64,000 nucleotides of DNA from an uncultured Spirochaetaceae bacterium (lineage in GTDB: Bacteria > Spirochaetota > Spirochaetia > SZUA-6 > Fen-1364): positions 103 to 64,102 of the forward strand of contig CAYTGX010000007.1 in the NCBI GenBank assembly GCA_964437385.1. The letters run 5' to 3'. The translations under genes were made by a program, and so were the position numbers. Position 1 is the first letter of the stretch. The number at the start of each line of letters is the position of its first letter. Under the pieces are notes generated by a model. It made no database searches. It worked only from the letters and a program-made list of their open reading frames with translations, and was not told the origin of the DNA. Shown here in pieces: positions 1 through 9,661 of this stretch.

Positions 1-1140
1 ATGTAGGTCAGCTCGTAGATATCCTCGATTCCGCGCGAGGCCTTGAACACCAGGGCCTCGAAGCCCGGCGTGATCGTCGTGGAAAGCTCCCCGCTCAACG
101 CCTTGGCCCGCGCCACCAGTTCCTTAGGATCGGAAATGTCGGCCGGGGTGATCTTGTTCATCACCTCGGCGGCCGCGTAGCCCAGCATGCGCTCGGCGCC
201 CACGTTGAAGATCTGGATGACGCCTTTCGCGTCGGTGGCGATGCTCGAGAAGTTGGCGCTGTTGAAGATCGCGGTCTGCAGGGCACCCGCCTTGAGAAGA
301 GCCTCTTCCGCGCGCTTGCGGGCACTGTTGTCGGTTCCGATCAGCAGGTAGCCAATGATGGCATCCTGCGCGTCGCGCAGCGCCGTGACCGAAACGACGG
401 CCGGAAAGCGGCTGCCATCCTTTCGGATGTAGGTCAGCTCGTAGATGTCCTCGATGCCGCGGGAGGCCTTGAACACCAGGGCCTCAAAACCGGGGGTGAT
501 CGGCGTATCCAGCTCCAGGCTCAGGGCCGCTGCCCGCGCGATCAATTCGCGCGGATCGGAGATGTCGGCAGGGGTGATCTTGTTCATCACGTCGGCGGCC
601 GCGTAACCCAGCATGCGCTCGGCGCCCACGTTGAAGATCTGGATGACGCCTTTCGCGTCGGTGGCGATGCTCGAGAAGTTGGCGCTGTTGAAGATCGCGT
701 TCTGCAGGGCCCCCACCTTGAGCAGCGCCTCCTGCGCCTGCTTGCGAGCGGTATTATCTGTTCCGATCAGCAGGTAGCCGATGATGCGGTCGTGCGCGTC
801 CCGCAGCGCCGTGACCGAAACGACCGCCGGAAAGCGGCTGCCGTCCTTGCGGATGTAGCTCAATTCGTAGATGTCCTCGATGCCGCGGGAGGCCTTGAAC
901 ACCAGTGCCTCGAAACCCGGGGTGATCGGGGTGTCCAATTCCAGGCTCAGTGCCGCTGCCCGCGCGATCAATTCCTGCGGATCCGAGATGTCGGCGGGGG
1001 TGATCTTGTCCATCACCTCGGCGGCGGCATAGCCCAGCATGCGCTCGGCGCCGACGTTGAAGATCTGGATGACGCCCTTCGCGTCGGTAGCGATGCTCGA
1101 GAAGTTGGCGCTGTTGAAAATCGCGTTCTGCAAGGCGCGC
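1..1140. repeat. intragenic tandem repeat, period 426 bp (142 codons), about 2.7 copies visible (1-426, 427-852, 853-~1140)
   Basis: The string atgtaggtcagctcgtagat recurs at 1 and 427, and as atgtagctcaattcgtagat at 853. A block of about 93 nt (cccagcatgcgctcggcgcccacgttgaagatctggatgacgcctttcgcgtcggtggcgatgctcgagaagttggcgctgttgaagatcgcg) is identical in copies 1 and 2. Confidence 0.9.
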
Positions 1141-1241
1141 GTCGTCAGCACGCCCTCTTTGCGATGGTCCTCGCTGATCACGTCCGCCGTTCCCGCGGCA
1201 TGACGTTCAGCCTTGCGGGAGGAAATCGGCGATGGTTTCAC
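1..1241 (-). CDS. multi-PAS-domain sensory protein, N-terminal part (3' end runs off the left edge of the window)
   Basis: Absent from the ORF track because it is open at the window edge. My minus-strand translation from GTG (1241..1239) reads VKPSPISSRKAERHAAGTADVISEDHRKEGVLTTRALQNAIFNSANFSSIATDAKGVIQIFNVGAERMLGYAAAEVMDKITPADISDP...SYIRKDGSRFPAVVSVTALRD. That module repeats three times and has the typical PAS/S-box pattern. There is no in-frame ATG, so the start is uncertain. Confidence 0.8.
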   Translation of the reverse strand, partial: MKPSPISSRKAERHAAGTADVISEDHRKEGVLTTRALQNAIFNSANFSSIATDAKGVIQIFNVGAERMLGYAAAEVMDKITPADISDPQELIARAAALSLELDTPITPGFEALVFKASRGIEDIYELSYIRKDGSRFPAVVSVTALRDAHDRIIGYLLIGTDNTARKQAQEALLKVGALQNAIFNSANFSSIATDAKGVIQIFNVGAERMLGYAAADVMNKITPADISDPRELIARAAALSLELDTPITPGFEALVFKASRGIEDIYELTYIRKDGSRFPAVVSVTALRDAQDAIIGYLLIGTDNSARKRAEEALLKAGALQTAIFNSANFSSIATDAKGVIQIFNVGAERMLGYAAAEVMNKITPADISDPKELVARAKALSGELSTTITPGFEALVFKASRGIEDIYELTY

Positions 1242-1631
1242 GGTTTTGCTTGGCGTGGTGTCGTCCTTTTCGGTATACCGCCCGGGAGCTGCCGCGACAA
1301 GAGCGCACCGCCGCAGACCCCCGCGTGGTCAGAGCGCGGGGTGGCAGCAAAACGGGGAGAGATGAATCCGCTTTTCATATAACTATAGAATAAGAACAAG
1401 TTGACTGCCGCTCCGTACGCTGCCACACGGTACCCTGTCATTTCCATTGACCAATCGCCAGGGAGCACATTTTGAAGTAATTGGAGCATGTGGGATGGCT
1501 CCGGGCCGAGCACCTCGAATGCGCGATCTCCGACGCATCGGGTGACGCGACTCGCCTGGTCGAGGGCCTTTTCGTCGACGGTTGACGGAAAGTGAAGGGG
1601 GTCGCCCGGTGTGCGAACCCCAGGTGGAGAC

Positions 1632-2759
1632 CTATTGAGTTGCTGCAGCAGTTTGCAGGGTTATCTTGTTCTTGAAGCCCGGCTGCAACGCCAGAATGAA
1701 TGCGTTCTTGAGTATTCCCCCGATAGCGGAAAGAATGTCAGCTTTCGGATTTTCGAACGTTCCACTTATCGGGATCTCCGTTCCGAGCTTGTCTGTCGAA
1801 CGATTCGTGAAGAGTTTGGTCACTGCTTCAACCAATGCCGCCCACAAGATCCTGAGCGGACTCTCTTTCTTCAGATCCGCGATGTGCATGTTTGCAAAGA
1901 GCGGCTTGACGTATCCCTTGAACTTCCCGTTTGCAGCAGCTACCTCGGAGTACATCTCGAAGGTTCCGGATGCTACGTCAACTGCAGCATACGCATTAAA
2001 AAACGCATTCAACGTCGCCAACTCGACTTGCTGAAGCTGAATAGCGAGCTTGAATGTCGGCTGCTGCGCATATGGATCGACATCAAGATGACCTTTGAGC
2101 TTGCCCGTGCGCATTGCTGTTCCTTGTGCGTCAATAGACGCCGCAAGCGATTTGGATAGACGCGCGCTGTTCGTCAGGTTCGTAGCGTGCAGGGACATGC
2201 TGTCGAGATGAATGTCCACATTCGGTTTTGTGTGAAATGTCATAAAATGGACTTCGCCATTCCGCACATCGAACCTGTTGATCTTGAATGGGAAGAGCTT
2301 CCTCAGCGTTCCTGCGAAGTCCGCCCCTTTTCCATTCTGTGAATCCTTTGCAGATTCCCCCTGGACGAAGTTGATCTTTGGATCGATAAACCCGATTGCG
2401 CCGACCACCGACCCCTGCAAAAGAGCGGGCCATTCTATTGAAAGATTGATCTGCTTTGCCGAGAAAAACGGAACGGGGATGTTCGCCGCTACCGTTTCTA
2501 TCTTCACACCCTTGATCACATACGCCCCACGCCACAGGGCCATGCCGACGCCATCGACGTGCCCGCGATAATCAGGGAGCCCCGCGAGAGTCTTGTTGAC
2601 GTACGACTTCACGATGGAGGGAAGGGCGATACGAAGTGCGACGAGCGCGGCCAGGACGATCAACAGACTCCACAGAATCCACTTTTGCCTGCCCGCAAAA
2701 ACGTATCGCCAGGAATTCTGAAACAACGTATCGGATGCCTTGCTGGATCTGCCCCGCAT
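1632..2759 (-). CDS. DUF748 domain-containing membrane-anchored protein
   Basis: 375-aa ORF with an N-terminal TM helix (WILWSLLIVLAALVALRIAL). It continues LPSIVKSYVNKTLAGLPDYRGHVDGVGMALWRGAYVIKGVKIE...PFFSAKQINLSIEWPALLQG, which I recognise from memory as the DUF748 pattern. Confidence 0.65.
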   Translation of the reverse strand: MRGRSSKASDTLFQNSWRYVFAGRQKWILWSLLIVLAALVALRIALPSIVKSYVNKTLAGLPDYRGHVDGVGMALWRGAYVIKGVKIETVAANIPVPFFSAKQINLSIEWPALLQGSVVGAIGFIDPKINFVQGESAKDSQNGKGADFAGTLRKLFPFKINRFDVRNGEVHFMTFHTKPNVDIHLDSMSLHATNLTNSARLSKSLAASIDAQGTAMRTGKLKGHLDVDPYAQQPTFKLAIQLQQVELATLNAFFNAYAAVDVASGTFEMYSEVAAANGKFKGYVKPLFANMHIADLKKESPLRILWAALVEAVTKLFTNRSTDKLGTEIPISGTFENPKADILSAIGGILKNAFILALQPGFKNKITLQTAAATQ

Positions 2760-2998
2760 ATTCGTGTCCTTACCGTCGATGGAAGGCCATTTTCAAGATC
2801 TTTTCTCGTCCCCTGAGACCCTGCACCTACCAACTTTCCCATTGTCATATATGCGTGTGTTGTTTGCCGAAAGGCAACAGATATTTCTGACCGGGGCGAT
2901 CGCGCAGGCGGAGCATATACACGGGGGGGCCGTCGCCGGGCACGCCGACCGTGGAATTCTCACCGACAATCTTGGGCGCGAGAATCCGGGCCCGCTAC

Positions 2999-3973
2999 TC
3001 ATCCGGGGCGCTGCCCATAGCGTTCGGGATGCGTGCTCAGCTCCTGCCCGAAGTCCGCGATCATAGCGGGAAGCGAATACTCCGACTGCCATCCCAGCTC
3101 CTTGCGGGCGCTCGACTCATCGAAAGCGAGCCCTTGCAGATTCGAGTGGTACGCCATCGCGAAGGCGTCTGGTTTGAAACCGATGCGGGCTCCCGGGTAA
3201 CAGCCTCGGACCGCCTCGGCGAGCTCGCCCGCTGAGGGCATCGGATCGATTCCCGCCAGCGTGTAGCACATTGTCTTGACGGCATCACGGGGGGCCGCGT
3301 CGAGTACGAGCAGGGAACGGGCCGCGTCTTTGAAATACATGACGGGGCACCTGACGCCCGGCTCGACGAAGATGTCGTAGGGCTCGCCCCGCGCTGCCCT
3401 CTCGATGGCCCACGCGTTGTAGATCGAGACATGCTGAACTGTTGCGCCCGGGCCGACAACGGAGGGAAATCTCACGGCCCTGAAATCCAGACCGTAGCGC
3501 GTTCCATAGAACCTGCCCAGCAGCTCGCCGAAGAGCTTGGTCGTGCCGTAGAGGGTCGTGGGACGCTGACAGGTGCCGCGGCCGATCGTCCGCCCCTCGA
3601 TATCGAGTCCGTAGGTCGCCGTTGTGCTGGTGAACCGTACGCGTTGCACTCCGAACAATCGCGCCGCCTCGAGCAGCTGGAAGGTGCCCTGGACATTCGT
3701 CGAAAACGCGGCGGGCGGATCGGAGTTGGCGGGAATCGACAGCATCGCCCCGAGATGGAATACCACACTCGGCTTCGATTGCGTGAACGCCTCGAGCACG
3801 TGGGAGTAGTTGCCGAGATCTCCCACGATGGTCGAAATCCTGTCCTCGATGCCGGAAAAGCGTCCGGGGACAATGCTCCTGTCGAACACGTACACCGTTT
3901 CCCCGCGCTCCGCCAGCATCCGCGCGAGGGTCGAACCAATCAGACCCGATCCGCCCGTTATCAGTACCGACAT
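2999..3973 (-). CDS. NAD-dependent epimerase/dehydratase (extended SDR)
   Basis: N-terminal Rossmann motif MSVLITGGSGLIGSTLARML; 324 aa, the usual length for this family. Confidence 0.85.
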   Translation of the reverse strand: MSVLITGGSGLIGSTLARMLAERGETVYVFDRSIVPGRFSGIEDRISTIVGDLGNYSHVLEAFTQSKPSVVFHLGAMLSIPANSDPPAAFSTNVQGTFQLLEAARLFGVQRVRFTSTTATYGLDIEGRTIGRGTCQRPTTLYGTTKLFGELLGRFYGTRYGLDFRAVRFPSVVGPGATVQHVSIYNAWAIERAARGEPYDIFVEPGVRCPVMYFKDAARSLLVLDAAPRDAVKTMCYTLAGIDPMPSAGELAEAVRGCYPGARIGFKPDAFAMAYHSNLQGLAFDESSARKELGWQSEYSLPAMIADFGQELSTHPERYGQRPG

Positions 3974-4028
3974 GTCCGCCTCCTTCGGGTTCTGGTTGAT
4001 CTTTCCTCAACTGATCCGTCCGCTCGCG

Positions 4029-5249
4029 TCAACTCCGCAACCGCAGATCGGTCAATCGTTCCGTCTTGCCCTCATCGTTGATGAGGAACGGGTCCTCCAT
4101 CCGAAGCCCGACCCTCTCGCGACTGATGCCCCGGAACGCCGTGCCGAAGATGCCGATGTCCACCATCAGGGTGATGTTTTTCGGAAACATGTAGGTGGAA
4201 TACTGCGTTGCCGCGCCGTGCCCCTCCATCGCTTCTGTCCAGCCAATGTTATGGACAACGCTGTACATTGGCGAAAGCCCGCACGATGCGAGGTTATCAC
4301 GCGCCGCGATATCGGGCCCGCTCGCCGGCATCCCGAAGGCAAGCCGGCTCACGGCGGAATGATAGGCTTCCGCGCATCGGTCGAGAAGCTCCTTCTGATC
4401 GGGGGATTCCTCTCCGACGACCACCGTCCTGCTCAGGGAGGACGCGAGTCCCTGAAGCCGGGCGCTCAATCCCAGGAGGACCATGTCGCCACCTTCGATG
4501 ACCCGGTTGGACGCCCTCCCGATCACATTGGAGATCCGCTCTCCCGAATTGACGAGGGTGCACACCCCCGGACGGCCGTCGGCGCCGAGGGCGCGCATGA
4601 CGTAGTCGCCGTTTGCCGCCACTTGCGTTTCCCGGACACCTGCTTCCACAGACTCCACCATGGCCCTCATGGCGTGGGTGCTGATAAGCGCCGCGCTTCG
4701 CATGATCCTCTGTTCTGAGGCGCTTTTCACGTAGCGTGCGCTGAACAAAAACGCCGATGCGTCCACCACGCGGGCCGAACCGCTCTCTTTCAGCAACCGG
4801 AGGAGCAATGCGGGAAGATAGCTTTCAGGGCTCAAAAGGCCGATCGTCTTCACCCGGCCGCCGTTGGCCTCCTCGAGCAGCTCCGCCATCGAATGGAATA
4901 TCGCGCCGGGATAGTCCTCTTCGGGAATTTTCAGCACGTCGAGATTCCGAAACTCTCCCACCTTCTTCAACTCGCTGGCATAGGCGGCGCCCTCGGGGCC
5001 GCCGAGCACAAAGACGCGTTTGCGCCCCACGATGCACGCAGCGTCCTCCAGATGCGGGTCATAGCCGGTGAGCCATCCGACGTCCCCCGGCTTCAACTCG
5101 TTCGCGTATGCGAATCCGACGTCGATCGAGCCGTCATGGAGCATCCGGCGGGTCCGCTCAATCCGAGACTCGAATTCTTCCCGCGGGACGCTGCCGTCGA
5201 GGTCAATCGGGCCCACCTTGGACATGAATGCCTTCAGGTCAAAACTCAT
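4029..5249 (-). CDS. M24-family (creatinase/prolidase-like, pita-bread fold) protein
   Basis: 406 aa with a creatinase_N-like front half and a C-terminal half containing GGDMVLLGLSARLQGLASSLSRTVVVGE, VVHNIGWTEAMEGHG and MVDIGIFG. Several canonical metal-ligand Asp positions look substituted by eye. Overlaps the upstream gene by 11 nt. Confidence 0.65.
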   Translation of the reverse strand: MSFDLKAFMSKVGPIDLDGSVPREEFESRIERTRRMLHDGSIDVGFAYANELKPGDVGWLTGYDPHLEDAACIVGRKRVFVLGGPEGAAYASELKKVGEFRNLDVLKIPEEDYPGAIFHSMAELLEEANGGRVKTIGLLSPESYLPALLLRLLKESGSARVVDASAFLFSARYVKSASEQRIMRSAALISTHAMRAMVESVEAGVRETQVAANGDYVMRALGADGRPGVCTLVNSGERISNVIGRASNRVIEGGDMVLLGLSARLQGLASSLSRTVVVGEESPDQKELLDRCAEAYHSAVSRLAFGMPASGPDIAARDNLASCGLSPMYSVVHNIGWTEAMEGHGAATQYSTYMFPKNITLMVDIGIFGTAFRGISRERVGLRMEDPFLINDEGKTERLTDLRLRS

Positions 5250-6213
5250 TCTTACCCTCCTCCGCCTTGTCCACCTTCATTTTCAAGGGCGCGCACACCC
5301 TGTCCAGAAACAGGGACCGAATTCGATCACCGTCGACCTGCACGCCGACGGAAATGCCGCCCTCGGAGTCGCCCTGCGTGACCAGCGTGAATCCCGTCGT
5401 ATGCTCCCCCGCGGTTTCCACCTCGACATTCAAACACCGGGTCCCCACCAGCGAGCGGTCGTACGAGTAGGCGACCGCGACGACGTCGTGCATGCATCGA
5501 AGATTGTCAGGCGCGGTTTTCCAGTAGATGGCCACCAGACGGGCCGCGATCCGCGCGAGCGGACTGTCGGAGCCTTGAAGCGCACGGAGATGACCTGCAT
5601 CCATGTGCGTTTCCGACCGTCGCGTGACGTCCATGCCGAGCATGGTCAGCTTGATTCCCGACTTGAAGACGACACGGGCGGCCTCCGGGTCGCAACGGAC
5701 ATTCCATTCGACGGCGGGAACGTCGAGGCTGTTCTCGGCCAAGCGGGCGACTCCGCCAATGAATATGAGCTCGCGCGTCTTCCCAATGATGTCGGGGGCG
5801 AGAATGATGGCCGCCGCGACGTTCGTCAGGGGGCCTATCGCGAGGAGAGTGATACGGCCGGGGTTCCGCCGGATGGTGTCGATCAGAAAGTCGACCGCGC
5901 TTCCCGCGTCCGGATCCAGGGCGGGGTCGGTGAGATCGATTCCCTCGCCTTCGTGACCCATCCAGTGAACCGCTCTTTCCCGCAAGAGCGGAAGTTCCAG
6001 ACCCGCGAAGACCGGGATGTCGGCACGCCCCACCGCGTGTGTCAAAGCGCGCGCCACCTGGGCGCGCAGCCGTGTGTGACCATAGACCGTGGTGATTCCC
6101 CGCAGGTCGAGCTCCGGCGAAACGAGCGCAAGGCTCAAAGCGAGGGCATCATCGACGTCGGAGCCTATGTCCGTGTCCAGGATCGCTTCAATCATCCCTT
6201 CCCCTCCTGACAC
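5239..6213 (-). CDS. nucleoside hydrolase (inosine/uridine-preferring family)
   Basis: ILDTDIGSDVDDALALSLAL matches the DxDxxxDD fingerprint. The likely true start is the ATG at 6195, which is preceded by GGAGG. Confidence 0.85.
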   Translation of the reverse strand: MSGGEGMIEAILDTDIGSDVDDALALSLALVSPELDLRGITTVYGHTRLRAQVARALTHAVGRADIPVFAGLELPLLRERAVHWMGHEGEGIDLTDPALDPDAGSAVDFLIDTIRRNPGRITLLAIGPLTNVAAAIILAPDIIGKTRELIFIGGVARLAENSLDVPAVEWNVRCDPEAARVVFKSGIKLTMLGMDVTRRSETHMDAGHLRALQGSDSPLARIAARLVAIYWKTAPDNLRCMHDVVAVAYSYDRSLVGTRCLNVEVETAGEHTTGFTLVTQGDSEGGISVGVQVDGDRIRSLFLDRVCAPLKMKVDKAEEGKNEF

Positions 6214-6232
6214 CCCGCCGGTGGCCGCCGCG

Positions 6233-8764
6233 CTATCTGTTCGCGTGAATCACGCAGATCTGGAAGGGATGAATGGCCTGGATCCGCTTCCCCGCGAGAT
6301 CGACGACGGTGCATTCGGAGAAGCCGGGCATGTTCCGAACTTCCTTCAGCTGCACCACCCGTCCGAATGCCTCGTAGACGCGCAGCCTGATGCCCCGCGC
6401 ATCCGGCAAGACAGCGGTGCAGATGAGATTCGGGAGCGTCATGTCGAGGCCCGCCCGCCCGGTCAATGACGCCGGGATGCCGGTCCGGGAGCGAAAGACC
6501 GGAAGAGGAGTGTAGTACGCCTGCGCTTCGCGCGGAACGCTTCCCCGGCGATAATCCCCCTGATGGGGAAAGATCGCGTACTCGATCGTGTGTGTCCCCT
6601 GCAGTCCCAGGTCGTACTTGTCCACGTACTCCCACAGACCCGGGTGTCGATTCGAGAATTTGTTGCCGCCCCATGCGAGCACATTCGCAAGGACCCTTTC
6701 CTTGATCCAATGCTTTGTCGTGCCGCGGTTGAAGTATGCCAGGCCGGCGCGCTCATCACTTATATCGATGAAGCTCGTGCAGTACAACGGTCGCCCGCTG
6801 CGCGCGGGGACGATGCCGAACGGTATGTCATGCACGATTTCCCTCTCCGGATCGGCCGGCCAGAAGACATTGAGTTTTGAATCATCGTCCCAGAAGTCGC
6901 CAAGGGCGAGGGGAGTCTGCCCGAACGCGAGCGTCAGGCGGAAGTCGATCCGCGCGCACGTGAGGTAGAAGATGATGTCCTCGTGCAGCGAAACAGGGCC
7001 CAGCTTGTCGTCGAGGGAAACGACGGTGGCGAACGGGCCTTCCGCAACGGTCAAGGGGCTGGCGAAGTTCCGGCTGGAAACCCAGTCCCCTGTGTGAAGC
7101 CGTCCCCTGATTTCGTTCGCTCCGATCGCTGCACCCTTGATCAATTCCGCGCCGCTCGCTTTTTCCGTGAGCCGGCTGAAGATTCCTCCGCGTTCCACCC
7201 GCACGCTGTAGGCCGCGGTTTCCAACTCGAATACGTCTCCCATTGTCCCGCGGGAGTTTCCCGAACGCGGAGTGACGGGGCGCGAGCTCGAAACCGGGGC
7301 CCATCCCAAACCCGGGACATTGTCCAAACCCGCTACCAGGAGCTCATGCGGACCATCCGGGGAAGTTGTCGGCAGGACGAGAAGCGAATCGCCAAGCGCC
7401 TTCCGGAGCCCAGGTGCCCATTCGGCGTCCTGGTCACCGGTGGCATACAATTCACACACCCCTGAGCGCGCGGTAGGCAACGGATTCACGGCGAAAAGCC
7501 CGTCGGACCGCGACGGCGCGGAGCCGGAGCTCTCGAAGATGCTCTGCAGTGAGGCGTGGCAGAGGGCTTGCGAATCACCGATTGCGTCATCGAGCCATTT
7601 GATTGCCCTTCGTTTGAGATCGGTCGTCTCGATCCAGTAGACATCGTGGTGTTGCGAGGAGAGGATCTTTCTCCAGATGCCCGACGTGTCCGACGCATCG
7701 CCGCCCCGGAGAGAAACGCGTAGAGCGTCCAGGGCTTCCGCCAGAAAGACGGCCGTTTCCGCCTTTCGATTCGTTCGTGACATCTGTTCCGCCCACACGC
7801 CTTCGATGTACGACCAGTACGCGTACAGCGATGCGGTCCCTTTTGGGGAGCGCGCGTGGATGCATGCTTCCAAAGCGTCTGAAAGCGTCGAAAAACTGCA
7901 GACCGCGCCCCGAGACTGGACGTACTCCCCTGAGAGTCGCTTCATGTCGGGCGTTTCGATCAGGATTTTCGGCACATTCACTGGAGCCTTGTAGCGCTCT
8001 CGGTTCATGAACTGCGCGAACGGCTCCCTCGGCTCGAAGACGCCATCCGGGAGGGGCCCGCTTGCATGCTTCTTGAAGACCTCGAGGATCTCGTCCGAAA
8101 GACTCGGCGCGGGCATGGAGAGATAAAGCGGGATCGTCGTTCCATCGAGTCCCTGCCAGCTCGTCAGGTCGTCATCGCGAACAAACTCCAAGGTTCCGAA
8201 GTGACTGGCAATCTCCACGGACTGGCCTTCGGTGAAAGTGAGAGCCCAGGGAAAGCGGGGAGGCACTGCGACCGTGTAGCCGAATGCCCTCAGTATCTGC
8301 GGGAGCTGTTCGTGCAGCCCCGTCTCCTGATGGAAAAAGACGCGAATCTTGCAGCCGACCAGATCGCGAAAAACAGAAAGTCCCATCTCGATCTGCCGGA
8401 GACAGGACTCCGAGCCGAAAACGTGATAGTGAGCCTGCGAATAGTCGCCGCCCACGAATCCCAGTCTTCCCTGCTGCCATAGGCCTTTCAATCGCGCGAG
8501 AGTCGAAGGGCTCGCCTGCGCCACGTCCTCGAGTTCCCGGGCGGAAATCTCGAAATCGATGCGCAACTGGGGATACGATTCCAGTGAATCGCAGACATCG
8601 TTGAACTTGGTCATATAGGCGTCCAGCGTCGGGTCACCCCAGGGTGGAATGCGTTCAAGGACGGCGGGCTCTCCGCGGTCTTCGACCAGCAGAGGCATCG
8701 GATGCTGGACGCACACCCAGACCCATTCTTTTTCATTCCGCTTCAGGGGGGTATCTTCTTTCAT
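6233..8764 (-). CDS. glycoside hydrolase family 38-like protein (divergent)
   Basis: 843 aa. GGDYSQAHYHVFGSESCLRQIEMGLSVFRDLVGCKIRVFFHQETGLHEQLPQILRAFGY parallels the GH38 block GGxW...GES..RQ...G..F....G......PD.FG....LPQIL. The later SSQHHDVYW parallels the GH38 Q(F/H)HD motif. The N-terminal HxHxD motif and the nucleophile Asp look absent (see findings). Confidence 0.55.
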   Translation of the reverse strand: MKEDTPLKRNEKEWVWVCVQHPMPLLVEDRGEPAVLERIPPWGDPTLDAYMTKFNDVCDSLESYPQLRIDFEISARELEDVAQASPSTLARLKGLWQQGRLGFVGGDYSQAHYHVFGSESCLRQIEMGLSVFRDLVGCKIRVFFHQETGLHEQLPQILRAFGYTVAVPPRFPWALTFTEGQSVEIASHFGTLEFVRDDDLTSWQGLDGTTIPLYLSMPAPSLSDEILEVFKKHASGPLPDGVFEPREPFAQFMNRERYKAPVNVPKILIETPDMKRLSGEYVQSRGAVCSFSTLSDALEACIHARSPKGTASLYAYWSYIEGVWAEQMSRTNRKAETAVFLAEALDALRVSLRGGDASDTSGIWRKILSSQHHDVYWIETTDLKRRAIKWLDDAIGDSQALCHASLQSIFESSGSAPSRSDGLFAVNPLPTARSGVCELYATGDQDAEWAPGLRKALGDSLLVLPTTSPDGPHELLVAGLDNVPGLGWAPVSSSRPVTPRSGNSRGTMGDVFELETAAYSVRVERGGIFSRLTEKASGAELIKGAAIGANEIRGRLHTGDWVSSRNFASPLTVAEGPFATVVSLDDKLGPVSLHEDIIFYLTCARIDFRLTLAFGQTPLALGDFWDDDSKLNVFWPADPEREIVHDIPFGIVPARSGRPLYCTSFIDISDERAGLAYFNRGTTKHWIKERVLANVLAWGGNKFSNRHPGLWEYVDKYDLGLQGTHTIEYAIFPHQGDYRRGSVPREAQAYYTPLPVFRSRTGIPASLTGRAGLDMTLPNLICTAVLPDARGIRLRVYEAFGRVVQLKEVRNMPGFSECTVVDLAGKRIQAIHPFQICVIHANR

Positions 8765-8770
8765 TCTTCG

Positions 8771-9661
8771 TCAGCCTTTCACGCCCGTCACGACGACTCC
8801 GCCCATGAAATACTTCTGGGCAAGGAAGAAAAGCACGAGGCAGGGCAACATGGCGATCAAAGAGGCAGCCATGAGAAGATTGATCGTCGAAAAGAAATGA
8901 CCTTTCAGAGACGTCAGTCCGAGCGCGACGGTATAGTGCGCCTCGGAGTTCAAGAATATGAGGGGAACGAAGAAATCGTTCCAGTTGTAAAGGAATGAGA
9001 AGATCGCAATGATCGCCAGGGCCGGCTTCGCGAGAGGAAAAATGATGCGGGAGAAGATCGCGAACGGGCCAAGACCGTCCATTTTCGCGGCGTCGTCCAG
9101 CTCCCGCGGGATCGTGAGGAAGAATTGACGGAGCAGAAAGATATAAAAGGCGCTGCCGCCGAAATACGCCGGCACGATTATGGGAGCAAAGGTATCGAGC
9201 CAGTGGAACGCCTTGAAGAGCATGAAGCGCGGGATAATCGTGACCTGTATCGGCAGCATGAGGGTCGAGAGAACCAGGATGAACAGCATCCCGCGCCCCG
9301 GGAATCGAAATCGGGCGAACCCGTACGCGACGACGGCTGCCGTGAGGACGTCGCCGATCATGGTCGCGGCGGTGATGATCGCAGTGTTGCGGTAATAGAT
9401 CGAGAAGGGAAGGATCGTGAGCGACTTGAGCAGGTTCGCCCATTGAACGGGCCGGGGTATCCACTGCGGGGGCGAGCGGAAAATCTCGCTCTCCGGTTTG
9501 AAGGCGGATGAGAGCATCCAGAAGAACGGAAGGAGCACTATAAAGACGCCCGCGAGCACAAGAAGAAAGCTGAGAGCGCGGGTCGTCGGCCCCCCATTCA
9601 CCCTATTTCCTGAGCGCATGTTTCGTTGCATCCTTTTTGCGAGACGGCGTCTCGCTCTCAT
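8771..9661 (-). CDS. carbohydrate ABC transporter permease (MalG/CUT1 type)
   Basis: Multi-TM ORF with the EAA loop LDDAAKMDGLGPFAIFSRIIFPLAKPA. The start is ambiguous (alternative ATGs at 9631 and 9619). Confidence 0.9.
   Translation of the reverse strand: MRARRRLAKRMQRNMRSGNRVNGGPTTRALSFLLVLAGVFIVLLPFFWMLSSAFKPESEIFRSPPQWIPRPVQWANLLKSLTILPFSIYYRNTAIITAATMIGDVLTAAVVAYGFARFRFPGRGMLFILVLSTLMLPIQVTIIPRFMLFKAFHWLDTFAPIIVPAYFGGSAFYIFLLRQFFLTIPRELDDAAKMDGLGPFAIFSRIIFPLAKPALAIIAIFSFLYNWNDFFVPLIFLNSEAHYTVALGLTSLKGHFFSTINLLMAASLIAMLPCLVLFFLAQKYFMGGVVVTGVKG

Noticed and set aside
792-1513. ORFs 792..1382 (+) and 1238..1513 (-) near the left edge.
   Set aside because: The first is antisense to the clear PAS-repeat frame. 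The second has no recognisable features and ends just upstream of the PAS gene's GTG start at 1241, overlapping it by only 4 nt. I treat 1242-1631 as leader or unassigned sequence.
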